Origin: Dicyema japonicum
Lineage: Eukaryota > Animalia > Dicyemida
DNA length: 64,000 nt
NCBI GenBank assembly: GCA_011109175.1
Contig: RDEW01000003.1
Location: 1,099,071-1,163,070 of the forward strand
Direction of reading: 5' to 3'
The position numbers were made by a program, and so were the translations under genes. The notes below the pieces were generated by a model. The model ran no database searches. It was not told the DNA's origin and saw nothing but the letters and a program-made list of their open reading frames with translations. This document shows positions 52,900 to 64,000 of the stretch, piece after piece. Position 1 is the stretch's first letter; the number at the start of each line of letters is the position of its first letter.

Positions 52900-54500
52900 C
52901 CTCGCCGTTCCTTTCTCAGAAGAGTTTCTTGAGGTTTTGAAATTTTTCAGAAAACGTGCGTGAGCTGGGACATCAGATACACGAATTTTTAGAGATGCTT
53001 GGGTTCGAATCCCGTCCAGTCTGGACAGAAGGAACTTGGATAAGTCTGTCTTGGGAGTGAACAAGGCTTTCGCCATAAACACTGATGAGCAGCTTTCTGG
53101 AAGACGTTGGAAAATGTGAAGTACCCGATGAACGAGGAGGACGGAACAGCTACTTCCAGTCTTCACAACTTGTGTATAAACTAATGGAACATTATGCTTC
53201 AGTCAGTCACGCAGAATTTGCTCGTTTTCTGCATGTGAATTTTTGACCAAACCACGTGATCCCGAATACCTTCGAATCGAATGATGTGGACAATTCCATT
53301 GCTTCATTATTCACCACCTGCACGTGTGGTCTGACGGTGTCTCTGCTATACACATTAAGCTCTTAAGGTCGAGGAATTAAGTCCACATCTCCCTATAGCT
53401 CACTTTCAATGGGGAGCATGTAAGGTCTCGTTAGAATACTCCAGGGTTGGCAGATCGTGAGCGGACAAACAGGAAGGGTCGTCCCAAGAACTTCAAAGTC
53501 CGTCTCAAAGTTCATACTAACGACGTGCCTCGAGGATCCCTTTATCGACTGTCAACTCTTCTCTAGGACTGGCCTTGAATAAGAACGTGTCGCGTTTGAC
53601 TCGGTCCTGATATTCTGACAATAAGTAAGCAAGAAACACAGCTTCATGAGACAGTTCTTGGAGCAATAAAAGAGATTTCTTTTATTAGGTTCCTTATATA
53701 CGCAGTACATTGAACCAACCATCAGCTACGGCTGTGATACCATGAGCGCAAACCTCGCAAAATCTTTAATTTGAACTCGTCCTCTTTGATAGGCCTTACA
53801 CCCTTTGAAACTTTAGCGAGGAGAACGGGCCCCCGGTTTCTCTCACCTGAACACCTATCAGTAGATGAGACTACTGGAACTTGGTGGGATCCCGTGAGGA
53901 ACTGAGCAAAAATGAGCTAGCTGCTGGATTTGAGCGATCTACAACGATTCGCTCAACCTCTTTGGCACAATTGATCTCGGAAGGCTTCAACAAACCCAAG
54001 CGTCATCTACGGACAATATTAGTCTCGTTAGACACCCACAAAGCGTTTGATTCAGTCCCGAGTATCGAGACCCCGTCTCCTCCCGAGTAGTGTCCCTTAA
54101 AGATCTCCCCTATCTTCAGCGCCTTTTAACTAATTCTTAAACGACTTACCCTGCCATGGAGGACCTGATTCAATGCTTCTAAACGCGGTTGATTTATTTT
54201 TTGCAAACCAAAAAAGATACGTGGATGTGGCAAAATCAGAACTTCAGTCACATCTAAACGACCTGGGGGCTTGACTGACTTCAAATCGACATTCCGTATC
54301 CACGGAACAATCTTCATATACAATTTTTACCACCGATCGGAGATAAAGGGATACGCTAGAAATCGACCTTTATGGAAATAGTATTCCCACGCAGAGACAT
54401 TCAAGAACATAGTGACCTTGAACTCCTTGATCTTTTGTCACAACATATGAACGTTCTGGAAATGGGTCTCAGGAAACTCGACATCATAAAATCATTTCTA
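52900..54500 (+). mobile_element. Degenerate I/Jockey-type LINE ORF2 (RT region)
   Basis: TILVSLDTHKAFDSV (RT motif), LQSHLNDLG, LYGNSIP; many stops. Confidence 0.6.
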
Positions 54501-54511
54501 AACTCCAAGAC

Positions 54512-54930
54512 TCAGCAGTCACAAGTCCACTTCTTGGTCTTTAAGTCAAAGTAATCTTCCATCCCTGTGTTGGCGGATACGTCCGGGTTCATTCTTAATA
54601 CATGCCCAAATAGCCTCCACCGGGCATCTATCACATCCTTGCTGATGTACGAACACATACACTTGTTATCAATACCAGTGGTTGAAATTCTACGTGGCCA
54701 CTCTATTCCGAGTAAACTTCTTAGTTGCCTTCTATAGAACGAATCCAGTTTCGATAGTTCGTTGAAAGAACTTCCCCAGGTCCCAGGGTTGTACAGTAGG
54801 ATCGGTTTCACAAAGGCGTTGTAAAGCCTGCATCTGATGTCAATTCCAAGTCCTTTGGCTCTTAGCCATCCTTTCCTCAGTTTAGTCATTGCCGCTTTGT
54901 CAGTGTTTTCCTCCTTAGTACATCTTAAGC
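54512..54930 (-). mobile_element. RTE LINE C-terminal fragment
   Basis: RCRLYNAFVKPILLYNPGTW, KLDSFYRRQLRSLLGIEWP, RWRLFGHVLRM. Confidence 0.85.
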
Positions 54931-55129
54931 GTCTCCTAGTAGAGAGCCAAGCTTATTAGTACATATCCATCTTTCATGAGTAATATCATCTAGAGAAGTT
55001 TAGTTGGATTAAATTATTTTTATAATATTCTTAATATTCTGTTGCTTTTAAATTAAATTATAAAAACAAAATCAATATATTGAATTTTTTGGTTAAATTA
55101 AATTATAAAAACAAAATCAAGCTCATACT

Positions 55130-55810
55130 GGGTTGAGATCTACTCTCAGAATATCTTCGACGTGCTAATGTCTGAGGCCAACCAGCATCGCCTTGCATGC
55201 CTCGTGTCCGCAGCCAACCATGGGAGCGGAGCATGGCTGGATGCACTCCCGTGTGCCTCCCTGGGGACCCTTTTGGACGATGACTGTATTGGGATTGGGA
55301 TCGCACAGCGCCTCGGAGTTGATGCATGCGTCGAACACCAATGTCGTTGTGGAGAGATTGTCAATACCAAAAGGCTGCATCCGCTTTCGTGCAAACGGAG
55401 TTCGGGCAGAGCACCCCGCCACGCTGCTATGAACAACATTGTCATGCGTGCTCTTGAAGCTGCAGGCTTCCCGGCAGTGCTGGAGCCCGAGGGATTTGAC
55501 CGCGGAGACGGGAAAAGACCAAATGGGCTAACAATATTTCCGTTCTCTGAAGGAAAATCGCTAGTATGGGACTGCACTTGTGTGGATTCTTTTCGAACAC
55601 GATGATGCTCAGTTCGGCGCAGTCTGTTGGATCGGCATCCGATCTGGTGAAATTGGAGATCGCTTTCGTTTTGTACCGGTGGAAATCGAAACGTCTGGTG
55701 CTGCGGGAACTATCACAGCCTCTTTCCTGAAGGAAATCGGATTAATTTATTGTCGGCGTTCATTTGACGGATCCGCCATTTGCCGGACCGTACTTCACAT
55801 TTTAGAGTAA
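55130..55810 (+). mobile_element. CRE-clade 3' remnant (CCHC-like + REL)
   Basis: GSGAWLDALP, QCRCG..HPLSC..RH, KRPNGLTIFPFSEGKSLVWDCTCVD, FVPVEIETSG. Confidence 0.85.
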
Positions 55811-56399
55811 AACATTATTTTACATGATAATGAGATATTGAAATCAATTTATTATATATTTTTAAAAAAATAGTAGTTTTATTTTAAAAAAATATAATCC
55901 ACTCCACGTGATAACTAAGTTACCTGAGTCTGTCGCCACACGAAATGGAAATAATAAAAAATTTAAAAATGAATTTTATTGTCCTCAAATTCCTAAAAGG
56001 CATAAATATAGGCTTAGTTAATTGTCTGACTGAATCTTTTGAGTTTGAGGATGAAAAACAATTTTACCTGAAAATGGATTCAGGATGAGATTTTTTGCGT
56101 CTGATCAAACAGAATTAAAGTTTCTAACGATTGAGGTAACTAGTGTTGCTGATCTAAAAATAGGCTGAAGACAATTATGGCCATTTTGGCATAGACAGGT
56201 TATATAGTCTTTTAAGGAAGAAAATTTACAATTTGACGAGAAAAGAAGTTCAAGAAGTAATAAATAATTGCATATTTTGTCAAGCCAAAAGAATGATTTC
56301 CATGTATACAAGAACAGGTTGAAAGGTACATTTGTTCTACAAAAAATATAGATTTAATCAAAGTATTAAACGGTGGATATCATCAACCTCAGCCTCAAA

Positions 56400-57075
56400 T
56401 AGAGAATTTGGAAGATACGTCAATGTCATTAAAAAATTGTATTTCAATACAATATTACTATTCCGCCTCGCTGCTATGCTGCTGTGATAAACATGGCAAA
56501 CGCGGCATTACACAGGGTGAAAAACCTTTGGCTAAAACGGAAGGGGAATAACATAAAACAAAGGATAATGTTATACGACACCTTCATCAAACCAATCCTA
56601 CTATACAACTCTGGGACCTGGGCCACCTCTAAAGAGGAATTGGAGAGACTAGACTCATTTCACAGGAATCATCTAATAAACATAACTGGAATGTTTTGGC
56701 CATCCAAGATCTCGCGGAATGGACTGTATAATAAGTGTGACTGTGCACCATTAAGTCACGAGATCATTAGTCTCGTTGGAGACTTTTTGGACATGTCCTG
56801 AGGTTGGACCCGATATTCCCCCCGAATATCGCAATGGAAGATTACTACTCCACCAATGTAAAACGCTTTCGTGGAAGACCGAGAACTACCTTCTCGGTCG
56901 TTCTACAAATCGATCTGAAAGCCGTGAATAAGACATTGGCATCTGGTGACGATCTGGACTCACTGAGGGACCTAGCAAAGAACAGAAGAGCTTGGAGCAA
57001 CCTAACTAATTATCTTATTTTTTGCTGCACATGCGGGGCTATAAATATTATGGCTCTCGTGAAAGTGCTAATAAT
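56400..57075 (+). mobile_element. RTE LINE 3' end with intact 3' UTR and (AAT)n tail
   Basis: RIMLYDTFIKPILLYNSGTW, FRGRPRTT, DDLDSLRDLAKNRRAW. The UTR ends ATGCGGGGCTATAAATATTATGGCTCTCGTGAAAGTGCTAATAATAAT. Confidence 0.85.
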
Positions 57076-58679
57076 AATATTACTATTCATAAAAACACTG
57101 GACAGATTCCATTTTATATTTTATGGGTTCAACCTACTCCCAAAATCCAGAGTCATGTGAGTGCATTATTTATAATAAAGAAGATAATGAAGACAACCTT
57201 ACTATAGCACGCCAAAATGCATACAAGAATCTACAGATTTGTGGAGAAAATATGTCTAAAAGAAGACGTGGAAATTTGACGAAGAGGAGATAAAAATTGG
57301 ATGGTTCTTAGTGTATTAAGGTGATGTTGTTGGGAGAGAACCTGTAGAACCTTGATAGAGAACACCTACATAGCAACGGTCTATTCGGACTAATAATCGA
57401 TTGTTTATTACGTTTTAATCTCCGAAAAATTTGGCCGCTTAAGTTTGGACATAATTCCAAGCAAGCCGACGATCAGAAGAGAAGAAAGTACCGAAGCATT
57501 TCGGAGGATCACTTGTTTGTCTCATTTGCTATTAAGACTCCGTCGGGTCGGCTTGACTTCTGGTGTTCAGAGTATTGCTAGCGAGTAGCGTGCGTCATGT
57601 AGCTCACCATTTCTGGTGGCGTCAGGTAGAATCCTAAATTGTATAAAAAACGATTAGTCAATAACCATCCAGAGGAGTCCCCATTGGACGGCACTTCTTC
57701 CCGTCCGAGCATTTTTTCTGGTGGCGATTCGTCACTTCTGGAGATGTTGAACAGATTCCTGGATCCAAAAAGTTTCTTGACTTTCTGAGCCTAAATATTA
57801 ATGATACCAGAGGCAAACCACTCGAACTTAGTTTGTTCTTTGAGAGCAACAAAAACGATTAATTTAATTATCTTTAATATTAATTTATTTTTTATATATC
57901 AATATTGATTTTTAAGTTTTAGAGGGAGATAATTTGAATCCTTTTGTTCGGCCTAGTGTGATGTAAAGGTGTGAGGCAATGACAAAAATATTCACAGTAG
58001 GAAGCGCTCGCATGTGCGATGAATAGGTTTGATAATTTCGAAAGTTTTAATATTCTCTATTTGATGTAGTTTGCTGAAAATAGCCGTATTTTAATATTAA
58101 TATTGAAAAAAGACCACAAGTAAAGTCCAGAACCAGATTACTGTGAGTTCCCGACAAGTCTTACTAGAGTTTTCAACTTGGCATTGTGTTCCTTCCTTGA
58201 CCACAAGCAAGCCAAGTGATGTAAATAGAAATTTTTGGTCATAGTTCAACAGGTTCCCTAAATCATTTAGATCAATTTGGCGTGGAACCTTCCAAATTCT
58301 ATTTTAGAACCCCGTGATCGTTGAGAAAGAAAGAAAAAACGGAAAACAGTAGGTGACCCAAATTCCAGTAGTGGTAATACATTGTTCGATTGATGATCAT
58401 CTTGAGAGATGCGAGATTCACCAGATTTTTCTGTTAAGCAACCGGACTAGTTTTAGTAATTAGATCATATAATTCATCCCCAGTTAGACCAATACTCCTC
58501 TTCTGACCCTGCCTCTTCCATTCCTTTGAGTCAGTTGCCGCAGCACTCTCGGATAATTCTTGCTATCTGGCAACGTAAGTGACCCTTCTCTTTCAATTGA
58601 CAATTCATGGAAATACAGCATGAATATCTACTGGGAAAAATTGAGAAGAAACCGTGCACTCTATTTTATTTGTGTTTGA

Positions 58680-59030
58680 AAAAAACAGAAGTGAATATTG
58701 CTGAATCCTCTGGATGGCTAGTTCATGGAAATCACTCCCCGTAACCGAAAGAAGACTGTGCGGACATTTTAACTGAGCAAAAAGACCGTCGATCACATTG
58801 CAACTAGATGTGGGAGAATGCTGAATAGCTCGTATCTCAGGCGGAATAACGAAGTGGTCAGATGTTTACACCTACATCTCTGCAGTCAATATGGAATAAG
58901 AAAAACTAAGAAACTGAAGACCCACGCAGTCCAATCTGTTGTCGTAAATGAATTTGTGGAGATTCTTGTAGACACGATGTTCAGTACGGATACGGCTGAA
59001 ACGAATAATAAACCCTTGTCGACGTGAATA
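58680..59030 (+). mobile_element. R4/NeSL-like non-LTR C-terminal fragment
   Basis: KTVDHIATRCGRMLNSSYLRRNNEVVRCLHLHLCSQYG...VVVNEFVEILVDT...NNKP: zinc-knuckle, RHN-like and pre-PD region of REL-type elements. Confidence 0.7.
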
Positions 59031-59094
59031 CACCTATACGGGCAAAAGAGGTTGGGCATAAGAAGAGATTGAGCATGAAAAGAAGTCTTAACAT

Positions 59095-60170
59095 TCAGAG
59101 AATCGCCTATTTACTCAGGACAGCCTCGTACTATTCCCAACTGGAGCAGCTTGAGCATTTTGATTTGTTTCCTCAGCTCGACGGAGCAAATATTTAATGT
59201 CAAATTCGACGATGCTACATGGAAGCAAGCTACACTCCCAGTTAGATTTGGGAGTCTTGGAATCCGTCGTACTTCGGACGTCTCACTTCGTTCACATCTG
59301 TCTTCACTCACGGCCTGAGAACTTTTGGTCAGGAGAATTCTACACTCCCTACCCGAATTCTCAATTGACCAAGACATAATCCACGCACGAGAAGCCTGGA
59401 ATGCCACCAACCTCTCCCTGCCTCCTTCACAAGACTGCCAGCGAAAAATGGACAATTTATTGTGCTGGAAATCATTTGGATTCCTACTGGAATCGGCCAA
59501 TCAGCACCGACGCGCTTGTTTGCTTTCGGGGGCTTCCCCTGAGAGCGGAGCTTGGCTAAACGCCATCCCAAATGGAGCTCTTGGCACCTTTCTGGATGAT
59601 GAATGCGTTAGAAGTGGTATCTCTCTGCGGCTGGGACTGAAAGTATGTGTGCCTCACCTGTGCCGGTGTGGCGTCCTGATAGACTGCTATGGCCTACCCT
59701 CTCGCCTGCAAGAGGATCGCTGGCAGATCTCCAAGGCACAAGTCTCTGAATGAGATTGTCAAGCATGCTATGGATGCTGATGGTTACTCGGCCATTCTTG
59801 AACCGGTCGGGATATGCAGAAGTGACGGGAAACGACTGGAGGGATGACCAAATTTCCCTTTGAGGCCGAGAAACCACTTGTTTGGGACGTGACAAGTACA
59901 GACACGTTCGTCAATCTTCACGAGTGCGCTTCAAGGGCCTGCTCTGCGGAGAAGGCCAAACTCGAAAAACACGGTTACCTTCCAGATATTATCCAATTTG
60001 TTCCCCTTGCTATGGAGACTTCCGGATCCTACTTTCCCTCTACACTAGAGTTTTTCGGACGTCTTGGAAACCGGATCACCTCATGCACTGGAGATCTCCA
60101 CGAACGCCGCTGACTGTTTGAGCGAATTTCACTCGCAATTCTGAGAGGGAACAGCCACGCAGTAAAAGAG
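59095..60170 (+). mobile_element. CRE-clade remnant (RT C-terminus to REL)
   Basis: YLLRTA, WKQATLPVRFGSLG, SGAWLNAIP, KPLVWDVT, QFVPLAMETSG. Confidence 0.85.
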
Positions 60171-60859
60171 CGGCAGCTAACTAATGTTTTGTCCTTATCA
60201 TTTTTAATAAAAATCAAACGGGTGTTATGAATTAATAACGGATCTCTTTTTATGCTGAGTTGGTCTATTGGGTCGTTTTTGAGTCTATGATTAAAAAGTG
60301 AACCTTACTGAGAGAACGAACGACAATGAACGAAAGTAGACATTAAAACCACACTTCACGTACGTCCTTTCATGTCTAATCTGTGTAAAACAAACGAGAG
60401 AAAATTCGGTATTCAATACTCCCGTTGCCCAAATTTTGGACACCTTTGGTGCTATAAGCTAGCAAGAAAGACTACTTAACTCTGCCAAATTGTTCATGCT
60501 CTCATGCATTAGGCGGAAGAGCCTTCCTCTGGATCTGTCCTGGACCTTTCCAAAACGGATGAATTCCTACGCCGTTTGAATCAGCCTGTGTTGGAGAGGG
60601 TTATCCCACTTACAATCCAAAGGTCGGCGCGTCTAACAGTTGCTTCCTGTCTTTCAAAGCTAATCACTAGGGCAGTCGATGTCAAGATGCCTGGATGCGC
60701 CTTCTCTGATTTGCACCTCTTTTCCTAGGATCAAATCCAACCGAACTGAAAGTAGGGATCTCAAATCAATCGTCAAGAGAAATGTTTTTAAATACGAAAC
60801 CGTTAACCTGTTGACTGCTCTAGGAAGTCTTTCAATTGCTGATCATTAGCCTACATCAT

Positions 60860-62410
60860 CCAGGATTAAGAAATACGTGCGGGATCTACGTAAAGAAGTG
60901 AATAAGTTCCCCATGCAAGTTGATCTTCGGACAACACACCATGGAAGCAAGACTGGAGTCCAACAAGGCCCCTACTCTTTCCCTGGGGCATCGATTGTAC
61001 AGCTTCAGCGATCAGAACCCAAATGAACTTATGGTACCTGGATGATGTCCCTATTAAAAGGAACTGGGAAATTATGGTGGCAGAGGTCGAGTCCGTCATC
61101 TCTTCTCTCGCAGCACTTGGATTGGAACTAAATCCATCAAAATTTGAAATCATTAACGTTGCCTGCGCAGAAGAAGACTTTACCAATGCAGTGCCTGCGA
61201 TTTCTACTTATCTAAGTCACCCGACTCGAAAATGCGATTTTCTCGACTCTCCTCTACTTGGAAGTAAAATATAAACTCTCATGGAAGAGAAAAAAATCCG
61301 TTCTACTATTCACAACCACCTTTAAAGTTCTGGACTCCCACACGTCTTTATTCTTCCTCAGAAATTTTCACCGCCTTTTTTTCTACGGAGAGCCTCATGT
61401 TTCACGGAGATAGACTTTTTCAGATCATCGGCGAAAATAAGAGGATCCGTTAAAGAAACACTCAAAATTTCTTTTGATAAAACCGGATGGATCCGATTCA
61501 AAACCCCTTCCTTATAGAGGAATCTGGATGAGCTCATCACTAGAACTCGCCCTCCCGGCCTGTCTATTTTCGACAAATAGTTCCAGTAGTCTTATACGCC
61601 AGATCCTCTACATTAACAGATTGGACGCTGAACCAGGGGTATGGACGGCTCAGGAAGTATAAGTGTGGAATTCCCGAAGAACCCTAATAAACTATGAGAC
61701 TGATACGAGCTTTTATGCTCAAAGACCATATATGAGATAAACCCGAACTTGATCAGCATCATCTGGCTTCTACATCGACGAACGAAAGTAATGCGTGGCT
61801 CAGACCCTTACCAAGCACCTCACTTGGGACACTATTGGATGACGACGCCACGAGAATTGGAGATTGCGTCCTCTGCGAATGGATGTTTCCGCGATCTATC
61901 ACTGTAAATGTGGAGTAATGGTCGACGCGAAAGGTCTGCAACTCTCTCTTGCCCAAGGAGTGCTGGTAGGAGTCCAAGACATAATGCAATCAACAGAGTT
62001 ATTGCGTGGGGACTAGGAGCGGCCGGATTCCCTGTCCAGTTGGACCCTTTCGGACTGGCCCCAGCTAACAAAAGGCTTGGCGGAACAACTCTCTTTTCAT
62101 GGAAAGTGGTAGATACTTCTCCTGTGGTGCCACCTGTGTGTAGCTTCTCTCCCTCCAACCATACAATGACAGCAACTAACCCACAATGAGCTTCGGAGAA
62201 ATCTGAGACACTAAAGAAGAAATATAAATGTCTGGGTCAACAGTTCATCTTTGAGCCAGTCACCTTGGAAACATCAGGACTAATACAAAGCAGATCACTA
62301 ATTCTGCTGTATCGCAAGGAGGAAAAATTAAAAGAACTTGCTCATTGATTGCATTTCCTCGGAGATCGTCAGGGAAAATGCGCTCTCGATTCTGAGTGCA
62401 ACCAGTATTT
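60860..62410 (+). mobile_element. Heavily decayed CRE-clade element (RT + REL)
   Basis: GVQQG, NLWYLDD, CKCG..LSC..RHNAINRVI, FEPVTLETSG. Confidence 0.8.
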
Positions 62411-62454
62411 TTAACTGTCAGTTTTTATCAAGATATAATTTTAATATTATGGTG

Positions 62455-63050
62455 AGGCTGTGAGAATAGCTACCTCGCTTCGTCTTGGTCTTAAATTGTG
62501 TGCCGAAAGAAAATGCCGCTGTGGACGTTGGATCGATCCTTTTGGTTATCATCCCTTGTCATGCAAGATGAGTGCGGGTTGTTTCCCCAGGCACTCCTGT
62601 CTTAACATGGCATTAAAGAATTCCCTTGCCTCTGCTGGACACCATTACCTGTTAGAACCTGCTGGTCTTTCCCGAAACGATGGAAAACGCCGTGATGGGA
62701 TGACGACTTTTCCATTCGCCAACGGACGAAACCTGATCTGGGACGCGACGTGTGTCGATACTTATTCCCCATCTAATTTGGTTGCTTCTGCTTCGATCCC
62801 AGGACATGCTTCGAAGCAGGCCGAGGAACGAAAGAGAAGGAAGTACCAGAGAATTTCGAAGTAGTATCTTTTTGTTCCATTCGCGGTGGAAACGTCAGGA
62901 ATCCTTGGCCCCCAAGCAGATGAGTTGGTTCGTAAGATCGGCTCCATGATTCAAGCTGTGACCAAGGATCCGCGAGAGACTGGTTGTTTCCGAGAACGTA
63001 TCTCGTTGGCTATTGTTAGGGGAAATAGCATGGCCATTCAGATGCATTAA
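62455..63050 (+). mobile_element. CRE-clade 3' remnant (CCHC-like + REL)
   Basis: CRCG..HPLSC..RH, KRRDGMTTFPFANGRNLIWDATCVD, FVPFAVETSG, RERISLAIVRGN. Confidence 0.85.
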
Positions 63051-63190
63051 TTTAATTTTTATTCATTTATTGATAATAAAACCATTTATTAAAAAAAAAT
63101 TTATTACGAACAAGACAGATATTAATTATAAAATAAAAAAATAAAATAATTATTCAATTTCATGAAAAGAATAATAATAGAATTATGTGT

Positions 63191-63506
63191 GGCATAGTGG
63201 TTAGGTGTCGGGCTTAAGTGGCTTAGGCTACGGGTTCAAATCTCGCTGCTGTTCACCTGGTGAAAGGTTCCACGCATCAACGATGCAGAAATGGTTTGAC
63301 GAGTGACGCCGTCATCAGTGAATACTCACTGCTGAACTGGATTGTCTAGAAAGGACACTCACACAAGAAAACGAAAAAAAGAAGTGAAGATCATTCTTGG
63401 TTCTACGATTAGTTAAAATTAACTGTTCTTTACTTAAATAAAGTGTGTGTCCTGCCTATGCGGAGCTATAAATACTATGGCTCTCGTGAAAAGGCTTGAT
63501 TATTAT
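63191..63506 (+). mobile_element. tRNA-derived SINE with a perfect 19-bp TSD
   Basis: A-box TGGCATAGTGG, B-box GGTTCAAATCTC, core, RTE-like tail and (TTA)n. TSD TAATAATAGAATTATGTGT at 63172-63190 and 63507-63525. Confidence 0.9.
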
Positions 63507-63539
63507 TAATAATAGAATTATGTGTTCATATTGCTCTTC

Positions 63540-63910
63540 CCATGTCCAATGAGAAGAGCTGTTCAGGATTCCCGACCCCACTGGACTCGTCCTCTCCCTT
63601 GTCGGTCTGGGATCATTTAGTCAGTTGAGAACTTTTTATTTTTCTTTTTAACCCAGTGATCCTGGAAATAATAATAAAATCAAATTTTGAATATGTGATC
63701 GCCTGTCTCAGGTGGCGCCCAGTGACAGGCTGGGACGAAAAGTGAACATTTGCTCTCCTCCATTCTACTGAAGGGGTTTCCACAACTGCAAGGAATGGAT
63801 GTCTTTTACTTTTTATGCTGGTTCCGGATGGACTTGTGTGACGTTGAAAGACTCTGTTTTATTGACTGTGGAAACTGGATACACATAATTAGTTGTTTAC
63901 TGTTAACTTC
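63540..63910 (+). mobile_element. Two LINE 3' remnants (63540-63670 and 63690-63910)
   Basis: The first matches 31170-31290 (TAACCCAGTGATCCT). The second matches 5865-6065 and 51720-51970 in reverse complement. Confidence 0.6.
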
Positions 63911-64000
63911 TTTCTCGGTGTATCGGGGATTTTTTGGAGACATTAGAAGCTCGTTGGAAAAATCAAATTGAAGACAGACGTGTCGCAAAGTCTAATATTT

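Noticed and set aside
63700-63735. LTR primer-binding site (TGGCGCCC) or HDV-like ribozyme
   Set aside because: No LTR ending in CA precedes it and other family copies lack the motif. The spacer between candidate P1 strands (16 nt) is too short for an HDV fold.

Overview
AT-rich animal genomic DNA, not prokaryotic. About ten host genes can be rebuilt by removing very short GT-AG introns, mostly 20-29 nt: the 3' end of a TRPM channel, a Y-box cold-shock protein, a Girdin/CCDC88-like protein, HSDL2, a MARVEL protein, RPLP2, GPD1, a divergent Bcl-2-like protein, AP-1/2 beta-adaptin, INTS1 and alpha-tubulin. There are also two identical tRNA-Asp(GTC) genes. The intron sizes suggest a reduced parasitic animal such as a dicyemid (inference; the species cannot be fixed from this window). 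Intergenic DNA is mostly decayed non-LTR retrotransposons (CRE-clade RT+REL, RTE, I/Jockey-group 3' ends, one R4/NeSL-like piece). It also holds two non-autonomous hAT elements with TIRs and TSDs and a tRNA-derived SINE family whose 3' tail matches an RTE LINE in the window. The leading unexplained signal is an approximately 5-fold excess of the palindrome CACGTG (38 sites by manual count) in resident DNA, with none in the best-preserved CRE copy or in 56-64 kb. All counts and alignments were done by eye.
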